This document shows, piece after piece, positions 35,332 to 46,330 of a DNA stretch of 64,000 nucleotides. The stretch covers positions 320,001-384,000 of the forward strand of contig CBDDEL010000014.1 of the NCBI GenBank assembly GCA_965226885.1, in the 5' to 3' direction. Position 1 is the first letter of the stretch, and each line of letters begins with the position of its first letter. A model generated the notes under the pieces. That model searched no databases. It was not told where the DNA came from and saw only the letters and a program-made list of their open reading frames with translations. Made by a program: the position numbers and the translations under genes. Source of the DNA: Opitutales bacterium. Lineage in GTDB: Bacteria > Verrucomicrobiota > Verrucomicrobiia > Opitutales > UBA2987.

Positions 35332-38300
35332 TTAATTGTTCAGGTATTTATTTAACTCCGCTTTGGCTTGTCGCAGGTTGTGCTCGCTGCCGAGATTTTG
35401 GAAAATTGTTATCGCTTCGCGGAAGTATTTAATGGCTTTATCACGCAATTGGGTGAGTTCCGGCGCTTCTTTTTCGAGATGAGTCAAGAATACCCGGCCC
35501 AGCTCCATTAGAGCCAGACCTTGTCGATAGGGGTCGCTTTGTTCTCGGGATAGATCGAGTGATCCTTGCAGAGATTGCTCAGCTTCGCTAAAATTCCCAC
35601 CTCGTGCCAGCAATAGGCCGACGATCCTCAGGCAATCGATTTTTTCATCTTGGTATCCGCCTACCCGAGCCATATGCCAGGCCTGCATGGCGGTCTGCAA
35701 GCCTTTGGTCAAATCGCCGCATTCGGCCTGCACCATGGCTAAAATCCAGCGTGCATAAACCTCGATTTCCTTTGCCCCTATGGCCATTGCCAATTCCAGG
35801 CTGATATTGGCATGACTGGCGGCATCATCGAGACGCTTTTCGAATAGAGCGATTTGAGCCAGGCTGGCCCAAGATTGGGCGACGCCCATACTTTCCCCCA
35901 GTTGTTCCCGGATGGCTAAAGCCGCTTCCAGATCTCGCCGGGTAGCTTTGTGGTCGCCCAGTGCCATGCGCAGGATGCCCAGGTTGTCCAGGCTGCAAGC
36001 CTGGTTGTCGAGGTCACCGATTTCTTTTTGCACCTTGTAGGCTCTTTCGTAATATTCAATGGCTTTTGACCAGTCACCTTCTATATCGTGAAGGACGCCG
36101 AGATTGGTTTGTGTCACACCCGTCCCCCGCAAGTTATTTTCCTCTTTATACAACTTCAGACTGAGTTCTAGTTGTTCAATGGCTGTGCCGAGATGGCCTT
36201 TTTGCCAATTGATCCCTCCCAGGGTGTTGTAGAGGCTGGCGAGGGTTCCGGTATCGTCCGATTTGTAAACGCCGGGATGAAACCGGTACGGGGGTCGGGG
36301 TAAAACCGGTACGCTTGGAATAAGGTTTAGGTTAGTAATTGCAGGTACGTCAAGGTTTAGGGTTTGGGAGTTGGTTTTGGGGATTGGCTTGGGGTCGGTG
36401 AGGAGGCCGGAGGCCGACGAGCCGGGCCCAAGGCGTTTATTGTTTTGTGCCACGGCGACGGCGTCGAGCATCGCGCAAGCGGTAGCTTTGCCCGTTGGCT
36501 TCGAGGATATGCACCCGATGGGTGAGTCGGTCCAGCAGAGCTCCGGTGAGCCGTTCGGAACCGAGCACTTCGATCCAGTTCTCAAAGGGCAGGTTGGTGG
36601 TGACGATGAGACTGGTGCGCTCGTAAGCGCGGCTGACCACGTCGAAGAGCAGTTCGGAACCGGTCTTGGAAAAAGGGACGTAACCGAGTTCGTCGAGGAT
36701 GAGTAGGTCGAGCCTTTCGAGTTGCTTCATGAAGCGCTGCAGGTCGTGGTTGTCGCGTTGCTCGAGCATATGGGTAACCAGGGCGGTGACCCCGAAGAAA
36801 CGGATCCGCCGGCCCTGGGCACAGGCGGCAAAGCCCAGGGCGGTGGCCAGGTGCGTTTTACCGGTACCGGCGTTACCGAGGAGCAGCACGTTTTCGCGCT
36901 GGTCGACATACTCCCCGCGCATGAGCTCTCGGATGAGCGCTTCGTTGATCGAGGGCTGCGCTTCAAAGGCGAAGCTCTCGAGGGTCTTGAGCACGGGGAA
37001 ACGGGCGTTTTTGATCCGCCGCTGGGCGGCCCGCTGTTCGCGTTCAATGAGCTCCCGTTCGACCAGATGCAACAAAAAGGCGGCGTAATCGAGCCGGTCC
37101 CGGGAACAAGCCGCGGCCACCGCCGGCCATTCGCGCAGGATGGTGGGCAACTTCAGTTTCTTGAGGTGATGGTGTAACAGCAGCTGGTTTTTTTCTTCCT
37201 TCATAAAGCCCCTCCTGGAATCTTGAGCAGTTCGCTGTAGGCACCGAGGTCAGGGGCGGCCACACGGACGTGACGCAGGTGTGGATGGCCGTCCCCAGCC
37301 GGAAGGTTCTGCTCCCGTAGTCTTCCTGAGGATAGAGATACTGGGCGATGGCCTCACGAGTCAGTCCCCCCACCCGCAGGGCCGAGACGACGGCCTGCTG
37401 CAAGGCCGCCATGGGGTGTTTCTCCAACAGCCGCAGCACCCGGATATACTCCCGGGTGCCTTCGCCCCCGCATTGGCTTTCGAGCCGGCGTCTGAGGACC
37501 TGCAGGCACTGCGGCAACTGCCAGCCCGAGAGTGGGCGGGCGAAGTCCAAAGCGCCCGGTTTTTTCTCCAGCAAAGCCAGGTAGTGCACCGGCTCGAAAG
37601 AGACTTGCTCTTTATCCCAAATGCGGCGGTGCCGGGCCACCTCTTGGCCCCCACAGAAGATCACCACCTGCCGACAGGACCCTTCCACCACCACCGGATG
37701 GTGGGCGCAGCGCACCGGCACCGAATAGTCGTTGCACTCGAAGCGCACCAGCGAGAGGCTGCTGACGCAGGTCGAGCGTTTGCGGCTCGCTTCAAAGGGT
37801 ATGGGCGGCAACGCCAGCATGACGGCGCGCTCCTCGGCCAGCAGTTCCTTTTTCACCGCCCTTTTCCCGCGTAATTTACGCTCCATGTCCCGCTCACATG
37901 CCTCCAACAGCTTTGCGTTGAGTTCCTCCAGGTCCCGAACCTGCGGTACCGGTACCAGGAAGTTGGCCCGGGCATAACGCACGATCCCCTCGACCACGCC
38001 CTTCTCGTTGGGCCGGGCGGGCAGACAGAAGTGTTCCTCGAACAGGTAATGGCTCTGTAGCTGCAGAAACCCGTCGGTCAGCTTGCGTTCACGCGAACCG
38101 ATAATCTTACCCACCGCCACCTTCGAGTTGTCATAGCTGATGCGCCGGGGCACCGCCCCGAAAAACTCAAAAGCTCGCAGGTGCCCCTCCCAGAAGCTCT
38201 CCGTGCACTCCCGTTCGAACACCTGCACGAAAAAGGCATCGCTGTAGGGCAGGCTCATGGCAAAAAATGGCCGCCTACGCAATTGCCCCGCCTCCTTCAC

Positions 38301-39509
38301 CAGGGCATGACCGAAGTCCACCTGTCCCTCCCCGGGGCGGTGCTCCAGCGGCACGAACACTTCCCGCCGCCTCGCTCGCAGCTCGGCCACCACCTCCTTG
38401 ACCGCCGTGTAGCCCCCTTGGTAGCCCTTCTCCCGACCCAAACGCTGGTAGATCCGTTTGGCCGTATGGCGCTGCTTCTTGGGCACGTTCCGGTCCGCTT
38501 TGAGCACCTCCTCGATCCAGCCCACATACGGATCGATCTTGCGCTCTCGCCTCTTCTTGCGCCGGTATCCCGGCGGCTGGGAATAGGCCAGCATCTTTCC
38601 CAGGGTCTCCCAGTGCAGTCCCTCTTCTCGCATTACAGAGCGCTTGCTCTGCTTGTCCCGCAGCACTTTGTGCCGCACTCTTGTCCATTGCTTCATATCT
38701 CGATACACTCCTCCTTTCTAGGATAAGCGTACCGGTTTTAAAGCGCCCTCTTTACCGTACCGGTTTTTCCCCGGCGTTTACACCGATTTATCTATTATTG
38801 AGCTTTCGATGGCGGCATTAGCGGTCTCCAGGGCATTCCGGAAATCTCCCTGCCGAAACCGGATCCAGGCAATTCGATCCATCAGTCTGCACCATAGCTG
38901 GCGTTGTTTTTCGTGCCTGGATTTGCTTAAATGATGCAACCCCAATTCAAGGTAGTTCATGGCTTCGGCAAAGGAGCCTTCGCGTTGCCGGACATCCGCC
39001 AATTCCCGTAAAGTTTCTACCAGGATCGGGGTAAAAAAAGCATGGCTGGCGCGATTTTCCCATTTTTCGAGGATTTGCAGGATGTCGAGCAGAACCGTTT
39101 GCGCCTCGACAAATTCGCCCCTCAGTTTGAGGGCATTGCCCAGGCCCAGCCGGGCTTCAAAAAACTTTTTATTATCCCCGTTGAGGCGTTTTGGGAGCAA
39201 ATCCAAGGCCTGCCGATAGTGCCGTATGGCGGACTCATTGGCGGAACAGCGCCTTGCCTCATCCCCAGCTTTAATCAGGTAATAGGCCGCTTTTTTCGGT
39301 TCATTGCTCTTTAATAATTGTAGAGCCTGGTCCTCTTCCTGTTCGGAATTTGGCAAGTGGGGTCTTTCTGTTTTGCGGAATATAATGCGCCCTGGCTTTA
39401 GGTCCTCTTGGGCTATCGGGAATTCAATTGGAGAGGATTTTAAATATCGGTTTAAAAAAAACAAGGAATATTGGTCTGAAATTTTGTTAAAAAAAGGTAA
39501 AATTTTCAT
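35332..39509 (-). pseudogene. TPR paralogue 2 (about 550 aa) interrupted by IS21
   Basis: Removing 36264-38782 and one CCGATT restores ..IDKSDDTGTLASLYNTLGG.. in frame. Confidence 0.9.
36264..38782 (-). mobile_element. IS21-family element (istA 37201-38708 with 3' frameshift; istB 36437-37204)
   Basis: TGT..ACA ends, 6-bp TSD CCGATT; retains the FECNDYSVPVR segment lost in the other two copies. Confidence 0.96.
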
Positions 39510-39714
39510 AAATCGTTAATTTTGACTTTCCCATGTTTATGAGACCGGCAGGTAGATGGTGCATCAAAAATTGCCTTTTCAGCACGTTCAATTAACACTT
39601 TTTTTTGGAAAAGGCTCAGCGTGAGCTTTCTCCAGGGTGTAGGTTGGTCTATGCTTTTTGGGGAGGGAGCAGGTAATGTGGCTGCCCGGGTAAACAGGGT
39701 GTCTAATTCCGAGT

Positions 39715-42700
39715 TTAGAGCTGACGGCTTTGGATGCACAATTGCAGCGTTGTCTCGGCTTTGCTGAGGTTTGGGTTTGATCCCAGAGTTTTGAAAATGC
39801 GGATGGCTTCGCGGCAATAATTTTCTGCTTTTTCTCGGGTTGGCTCCCCATTTTCTTCTTCCGTTTCCGCTTTGTTGAGCCATGCCTGGCTTAATTCCAG
39901 TAAAGCGAGTCCCTGCCTGTAGGGGTCTCGTTGTCGAAGGGAAAGTTCCAGGGAGCTTTGCAGTGATGGCATCGCTTGATTGAATTTGCCTCCGCGTGCC
40001 AGGAGCAATCCGACAATGCGCTGGCAGTCAATTTCTTCATCCACAAATCCACCCTCGCGAGCCATTTGGTGGGCCTTTTGAGCGGTTGCAATGGCGAGTT
40101 TTAATTCACCATTATTGGCTTGGACCATGGCTAAAATCCAAATGGCGCGAACTTCAATCTCTTTTCCACCAATGGCTTTGGCCAAACTGAGGCTAATTTC
40201 AGCGTGACGGGAAGCCGCCTTTAATTGATTTTCCAGCAATCTGAGCTGGGCCAGACTGCTACGGGACCGGGCCATTCCGAAGCTTTCTCCCAATTGTTCA
40301 CGAATCTTCAAGGCGGTTTTCAGGTTGTGCTGGGACGCCGAAAAATCTCCTTTGGCCAAATATAAAATCCCCAGATTATCGAGGCTACAGGCTTGATTTT
40401 CGAGGTCACCAATCGATTTTTGCAAGGAATAAGCCCGTTCGTAACAGCTAATCGCATTGGGCCAATCGCCCCTGATATCATGGAGAACTCCGAGGTTGTT
40501 GTAGGCAACGCCCATTCCCCCCGAATAATTCAATTTATCATACCATTGCAGGCTCCGTTTCACGTGGAAAATGGCTTTATCAAGTTGACCTTGTTGCCAG
40601 CATATTCCCCCCAGAGTATTGTGCAGACTGGCCCGAATTGCCGGATTATTAATCCGGCAATTGAATAGTAACAGTTAAGCGGCGTATTGAACATCCCGAT
40701 GATGGAAGAGTTTTTTAATCAAAATTGGTTTTCGTTGCCTGCTGCGCAGGTGGGTTCGCAGACTTCCCTGCAACTCAATTTGGCTGCGCGGGGCCGGCAG
40801 GTTCTTCAAGTTGGCTTTGACCGTGTTATTCAAATACTCATCGGGGTTCAATTTGGGACTGTAAGATGGTAGATAAAAAATCCCGATCCTATCGCGGTGG
40901 GCTTCAATCCAACCGGTTACTTTTTTAGCATGATGCACTCTCAGATTGTCCACAATGAGAAAGATTTTCCGTTTGGCTCCTTTGATTAACTGGCGCAGAA
41001 ATTTGATAAACAGTTCCACATTCAAGGCTCCCTTGTAAACCATGAAACGCAGCTTTCCACGGTTGGTTATAGTCGAGATCATGCTCGTGCTAAAACGACG
41101 CGCACTGCGTTTGGCAACTGGCGTTTTACCGCGCGGAGCATAACCTCTTCCCCGATGATCTTCGCTACTGATGCCGGTGATGCCGGTTTCATCTCCCCAG
41201 TGGATTTGGGCCTGTTGCGCTTTGGCTCTGGCTTCGATGGCCGGGTAAGTTTGATCAAGCCACCTCTTAATCGCCTCAGGCTGCTGCTCATAGGCTTGTC
41301 TTCGAGGTTTTTGTGGAGTGAAACCCCAACGGCGAAGATACTCGCCCACCGTGCGGATCGGCATCTTCAAAGCAAACTGCCTTTCAATCAACTCTTGCAC
41401 CGCTTGGCGCGTCCACAGGGCAAAGGGCATCTTAAGCTGGTCGGGTCTCTTATCGGTAATCATTCGGCACACCATGCGCTCTTGTTGGGAGCTCAATCTT
41501 CGACATTGGCCCTGCCGACGGCCCCGTTGTCCAAGCCGCAGGGCTTTTGGCCCTCCATTTCGGTAAAGGGCCCACCATCTGCGCACAGCGCTGATCGATA
41601 CCTTTAAAACCACGGAAACCTCTTCATAAGTGCAACCCTCTCTTTTCAGATCCACCGCCCGACACCTCAGCTCATATATAGTCTCTTCGCTTAGTGAACG
41701 CGCATCATTCCTATTCATGAACCTACTTTAGCATAAGTTATTGATATGTCACTATTTATTTGCCGGATTAATAATATCCGATTCGGTTTCAACATTCTCA
41801 ATAGCCTGGAGGGCAGCCTCAAGGGCCTTTTGTAGTTTGCCTTGCCGGAAATAGATCCAGGCCATGCGATCCAATACAGAGTTCAACAACTCCCGGTTAT
41901 TTTGCGGCGCTATTTTATCAATTTGTTGTAAACTTGTTTCCAGGTAGTTCAATGCGGGATCGAATGCTCCTTCACGTTGGTGAACATCGGCTAACTCCCG
42001 TCGTATTTCTACCAGGGTGGTTTTAATTGAGCTGGCTTCGGAGTCCCTGTCCCATTCCTCCAATTGATCCAGAGCTTCTGCCAGGATGCGCCGAGCTTCC
42101 AGGTATTCACCGGTCAGCTTCAAGGCATTGCCCAAGCCGAGCCAGATCTTTGAATACGATTCGCACTGCTTGATTGTGGGCTGAGCAAGCAAGGTGCATG
42201 CTTTTCTGTAATGTTCGATGGCGATCTCGTTGGCGCCGCTGTTTCTGGCTTTGGCGGCCGCTTTAATCAGGTAGGGCATGGCTCTTTTCGGTTTGCTGCT
42301 CTCATAGAAATGAAAGGCCATGGCCTGCGCCTTTTCACTTTGCGGCCAGATCGAACTTTTATTAATTGCGAGGGCGGCTTGCAGGTGAATTTTCTGCCGT
42401 GGCTGCTTCAATAATGTGCTGTAAATGCCTTCCTGAATCAAGCTGTGTCTAAATGCAAAACCGATGCTGGATTTGAAGGGTTTGGGAATAATGAATTGTT
42501 TAGCCACCAGTTCCTGCATTTGCTTGGTGATGGTTCTTGTGGTTGCGCGCTTCATTTCGATCAGTAGATCCATAGGAAACGATGAACCCAGCACCGCGGC
42601 ATGATACAATGTGCGCCGCAGCGCCGCGGGAAGTTCATCATAACGAGCAAGGACTAACCCCTGGAGGCTTCCGGGCACTTTTTGCAGCGCCTCATACGCT

Positions 42701-44323
42701 CCTTCCCGCACTCGCCATGTGCCATTGTTTTTTTCCAGTTTCTCCTGGTCGATCAACATGCGGATTATTTCCTCAACGTAGAAAGGATTGCCCGCGGCCC
42801 GATCTGCTATCCTTTTTTTGAGAGGCTCGGTCTCTGCGGAAGATTCGTTTATGATCTGCTCGATAAGGCATTGGCCCTCGGCATCTGTAAGAGCCCGCAA
42901 TTGAATATCGACAAACCGGCCAGGGTTTTTTTCGGCAGCTTTTAACAGCGTCTCCAAAACCGTTTCCCTCTCCAACTGCCGGGAGCTGAAAACAAGCATC
43001 AACGGCGCGTCAGCAACCGTTTGCACCAGATACTCGAGAAAATCCCGGGAGGCCGGATCAATCCAGTGCAGGTCTTCGAAAATCAAAACGGCCGGAGTTG
43101 ATTGGGCCAGTGTCAAGAGGAGTTTGCGCAGGGCGGAGTGGATCTGCTTTTGCAGCATCTTGGCGTCTAATTTTCGAAAAAGGGCATCGAATTTTTCATC
43201 CTCAATCTGCAGGCCCAGCACGAGGGCCAAATAAGGCCGCAATTCGTCATTCTCCAAACCATGCTTTTTGAGGAATGAAAGGAGCGCTTCACTCTGCATG
43301 GGCGCCGGATCGATCTGGGACAGGTTCAAAATATCTCTTAAAAGATCGGCTACCACCCAGAGGGGTTTGGAACGAGTATAGGCGGGGCAATTCCCCTGGT
43401 AAATGTCTATATTCAAATCATCGGAGGAGGACTTGAATTCAGCGATCAGCCTGGTTTTTCCCACACCGGCTTCGCCCCACACCGGCTTCGCCTGAGAGTA
43501 TGGCAATGCAGCTGCTGATTTGACTTATGACTTCACCCAATGCCTCTTGTAATTTCGCTAAATCTTCTTCCCGCCCGATCATCGGAGTACTTAATCCTGG
43601 CAAGCCTCGCAATCGATCCGGGTTTTCCTTTATGGCCAGCGCCTGATAAGCCGCCACGGGCTTTTCTATGCCCTTAAGCTCTATCGGAGGCAGCGGCCTG
43701 TATTCAAAAAGCGGTTTCGTCGGTTGGTAGGTTTCACTACTGGCCAGGATGGTGCCTGGTTGTGCGTTTTCCTCCAACCGTTTGGCCAGGTTGACGGTGT
43801 TACCAATAACCGTATATTCCAAATGACGGTCGGGACCAATTTTCCCGGCGATGACCGATCCGGAATTGATGCCGATGCGGATTTCGAAATGAATTCCGTA
43901 TTTCCTTTTCAGCCGTCTTTTCATGGGCGGTAAAATAGCCAACATCTCAAGGGCGGCCCTGACGGCTCGTTCCGGATCGTTTTCATGGGCCACGGGGGCC
44001 CCGAATAAAGCCATCAGCCCGTCTCCCATAAATTTATCAATGGTGCCCTCAAATTTGTAAACAACCTGGGCCAACAGGCGCATGGTTTCATTGATGAAAA
44101 GGTAAACCGTTTCACTATCAAGACCTTGGGATACACCGGTGAAATTGGAAATATCCAAAAACAGAATGGTAACCTCTCGCCTTTCACCAACCTCGTCTGC
44201 GGTTATGGCATTGATTTTTTCATTGAGAGTCTCCGGCATGAGATCCCAAAGATGTTTCATCCCTTCATCCTTCGTCATGGCTGCGGATGAACGGTCTTTC
44301 AATTCGTCTTGAGTTGAATTCAT
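39715..44323 (-). pseudogene. Class III adenylate cyclase - AAA/STAND ATPase - TPR protein (about 1155 aa reconstructed)
   Basis: ERREVTILFLDIS, IDKFMGDG, EYTVIGNTVNLAKRLE; Walker A GEAGVGKTRL; LIFEDLHWID; AAGNPFYVEE; TPRs. Frameshifted by a 16-bp duplication at 43461-43492 and interrupted by IS630. Confidence 0.92.
40649..41771 (-). mobile_element. IS630-family element (transposase 40675-41718)
   Basis: IRs TTAATCCGGCAA / TTGCCGGATTAA, TA duplication; WGDETG, VDNLRVH, PSYSPKLNPDE motifs. Confidence 0.95.
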
Positions 44324-44553
44324 GAAATCAGAAATTTTCTACCTTTTAAAAATCCTTCGATTTTTTGATTTTCAGGGGGGATTTTCATTAATGCATAGAT
44401 TGGTATTTATTCCAGTAAATTCCATCTTTGAAATGGGAAAGGGATTTCCCTAACCGGAACGGATTTTACTTGCCTCGCGCTGGGGCATGTGTGTCCGATG
44501 GAACAACGTTTAAATTGAGGCCTGAGGCTGATTACCCCTTCCGGCACAAAGCC

Positions 44554-45396
44554 ATGGAAAAAACTGATAATATCTCAAACAAGCCCGGGTTGCTCCACCG
44601 GTTGAGCGAATCCATCAAAAACCTGGGAAGCTATTACAGGAGTATTGACGCCGTTTATAGAAGCGAGCCGGCTTCGGAAAAAGAAAAAGAATTCGATTCC
44701 TTGCTGGAGGGTTATCCTCGCAACCACAATTATCGCATCCGGGGTAAAAAACTGATACCCAGTTACCGTCTCTTTTGCCGCGAGCGGCTTGTTGAGGACC
44801 TGTTTTTGGACGACATGGAGTCGTTTCTCGATATCGGGTGCTGCCGTGGCTATTATATATTCAAGGCGTCGGAAAAGCAGTCTTGCCGGTTGGCACTGGG
44901 CATCGATGTGTTTGAGCCTTTTATATCCATTTCCCGGCAGGTAAAGGGTTTTTTGGCCAGGGAAAACACCGATTTCAAAATGGCGGCGCTCAATGAAGTG
45001 GGCGGAAATCCGCAAAGCTACGGTGGCCCTTTCCAAACGGTTATGACGATTGGAACCTATCATTACCTTTTTTGGGGTAGCAGTCGCTGCGACAAGGCTT
45101 TTTTTGACCACCGGCGAATCCTCACCCTCCTGGCAGGATTGTGCGCGGAACGCCTGATTTTTTCTGGGCGTCTTGACTTGAAGCGACTGCCCTCAGAAAT
45201 CGCTGCCAAAGCCCGAGCGCATAAAAATGCGGATACCTACAATACGGTGGAATTCCTAAAAGTCGCAGCTGATTTTTTCAAAATCCGCGAAATCGGGTAT
45301 TTAGGCACCTACCCGCTTTACCTGATGATGAAAAAAAAAACCAGACTCTCACGGACTCGCAAAAACTGGGGTAGTGTTAACATTTTAAATGTTTAA
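44554..45396 (+). CDS. Class I SAM-dependent methyltransferase; 3' end runs into an IS1 remnant
   Basis: FLDIGCCRGYY motif I, GIDVFEP; last 8 codons come from the IS end at 45370; start uncertain. Confidence 0.7.
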   Translation: MEKTDNISNKPGLLHRLSESIKNLGSYYRSIDAVYRSEPASEKEKEFDSLLEGYPRNHNYRIRGKKLIPSYRLFCRERLVEDLFLDDMESFLDIGCCRGYYIFKASEKQSCRLALGIDVFEPFISISRQVKGFLARENTDFKMAALNEVGGNPQSYGGPFQTVMTIGTYHYLFWGSSRCDKAFFDHRRILTLLAGLCAERLIFSGRLDLKRLPSEIAAKARAHKNADTYNTVEFLKVAADFFKIREIGYLGTYPLYLMMKKKTRLSRTRKNWGSVNILNV

Positions 45397-45812
45397 GCTG
45401 TACTTTTTAGCGTGATTATGCTGTAAACTGGACGAGGTGTGGTCATTCTGGGACCATAAGCACTCGGGACAGGTATGGCTATGGGTTGCCTTGTGCCGAC
45501 GTACCCGACAGGTCGTCGGCTTTGCCCTGGGTGATCGTAGCGATCAAACGTGCCGGCAGTTATATCACAACATCGCCCAGTCGTATCGCAACTGTGCCAC
45601 CATAAGCGATTTACGGGAAAGCTACGATAAGGTTTTCCCTCACAACAGCGCCAGCGGGAAACAATCCGGCAAAACCGCCCATATCGAACGCTGGAACAAT
45701 ACCTTGCGAAAGTCTCTGTCACGCTATGTGCGTAAAACGCTGTCATTCTCCAAGTCATTGGTTATGCATTTTCGCGTCCTGTGCTTGTTCTTTTCGTCAT
45801 GCTAAAACTACC
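45370..45812 (+). mobile_element. Internally deleted IS1 type B derivative (no insA)
   Basis: Both ends retained; jumps from the left end straight to AACTGGACGAGG of insB; diverged from 26082-26877. Confidence 0.88.
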
Positions 45813-45947
45813 CGCGAATTTCCTGAGCCAAATATTAGGCTGGCGTATTGGCGATCAATCCGCTTTATCGTTGTTTTACAAGTGCTTTGTCAAACACGAC
45901 GACAAACCGCACAAAATAAAGGATAATACTCAAATAACTCTAATAAC

Positions 45948-46037
45948 GGAGAGGTGGCAGAGTGGCCGAATGTGCCTGACTCGAAATCAGGTGTACCGGC
46001 AACGGTACCGGGGGTTCGAATCCCTCCCTCTCCGCCA
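45948..46037 (+). tRNA. tRNA-Ser(CGA)
   Basis: GGAGAGG acceptor stem, anticodon arm CCTGA-CTCGAAA-TCAGG, long variable arm, GGTTCGAATCC, CCA end. Confidence 0.96.
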
Positions 46038-46234
46038 TTTGGTATCTTATTGTATATTAGTTGAATAGAAATCTAATGTTATCTTGCATTCCTGAAAATG
46101 GTATGGAATAAGAATACATCCGACAAAATACGCCTATATCTGGATAATTCAGGATTATTTTTCAGCCGCAAAAGATTCTCGCTTCCTAGGGTTTGATGGG
46201 GTATCCGATTGGTGGCCCTTTCTGCCGTAGGTGA

Positions 46235-46306
46235 GTCCATTGCTTCATGTCTCGATACACTCCTCTTTTCTCGGATAAGCTTACCGGTTTTACCCCGGCG
46301 GTCACA
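46235..46306 (-). mobile_element. Left-end remnant of a related IS21
   Basis: Matches the istA start (VYRDMKQWT) and a diverged terminal ..CCCCGGCGGTCACA. Confidence 0.7.
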
Positions 46307-46330
46307 TCACGAGGAATAAAGAAGAAGAAC

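Noticed and set aside
44190..44323. NLR-type amyloid signalling match between the protease tail and the STAND N-terminus
   Set aside because: The cyclase N-terminus contains no WAGGRS-like motif, so the paired-motif criterion is not met
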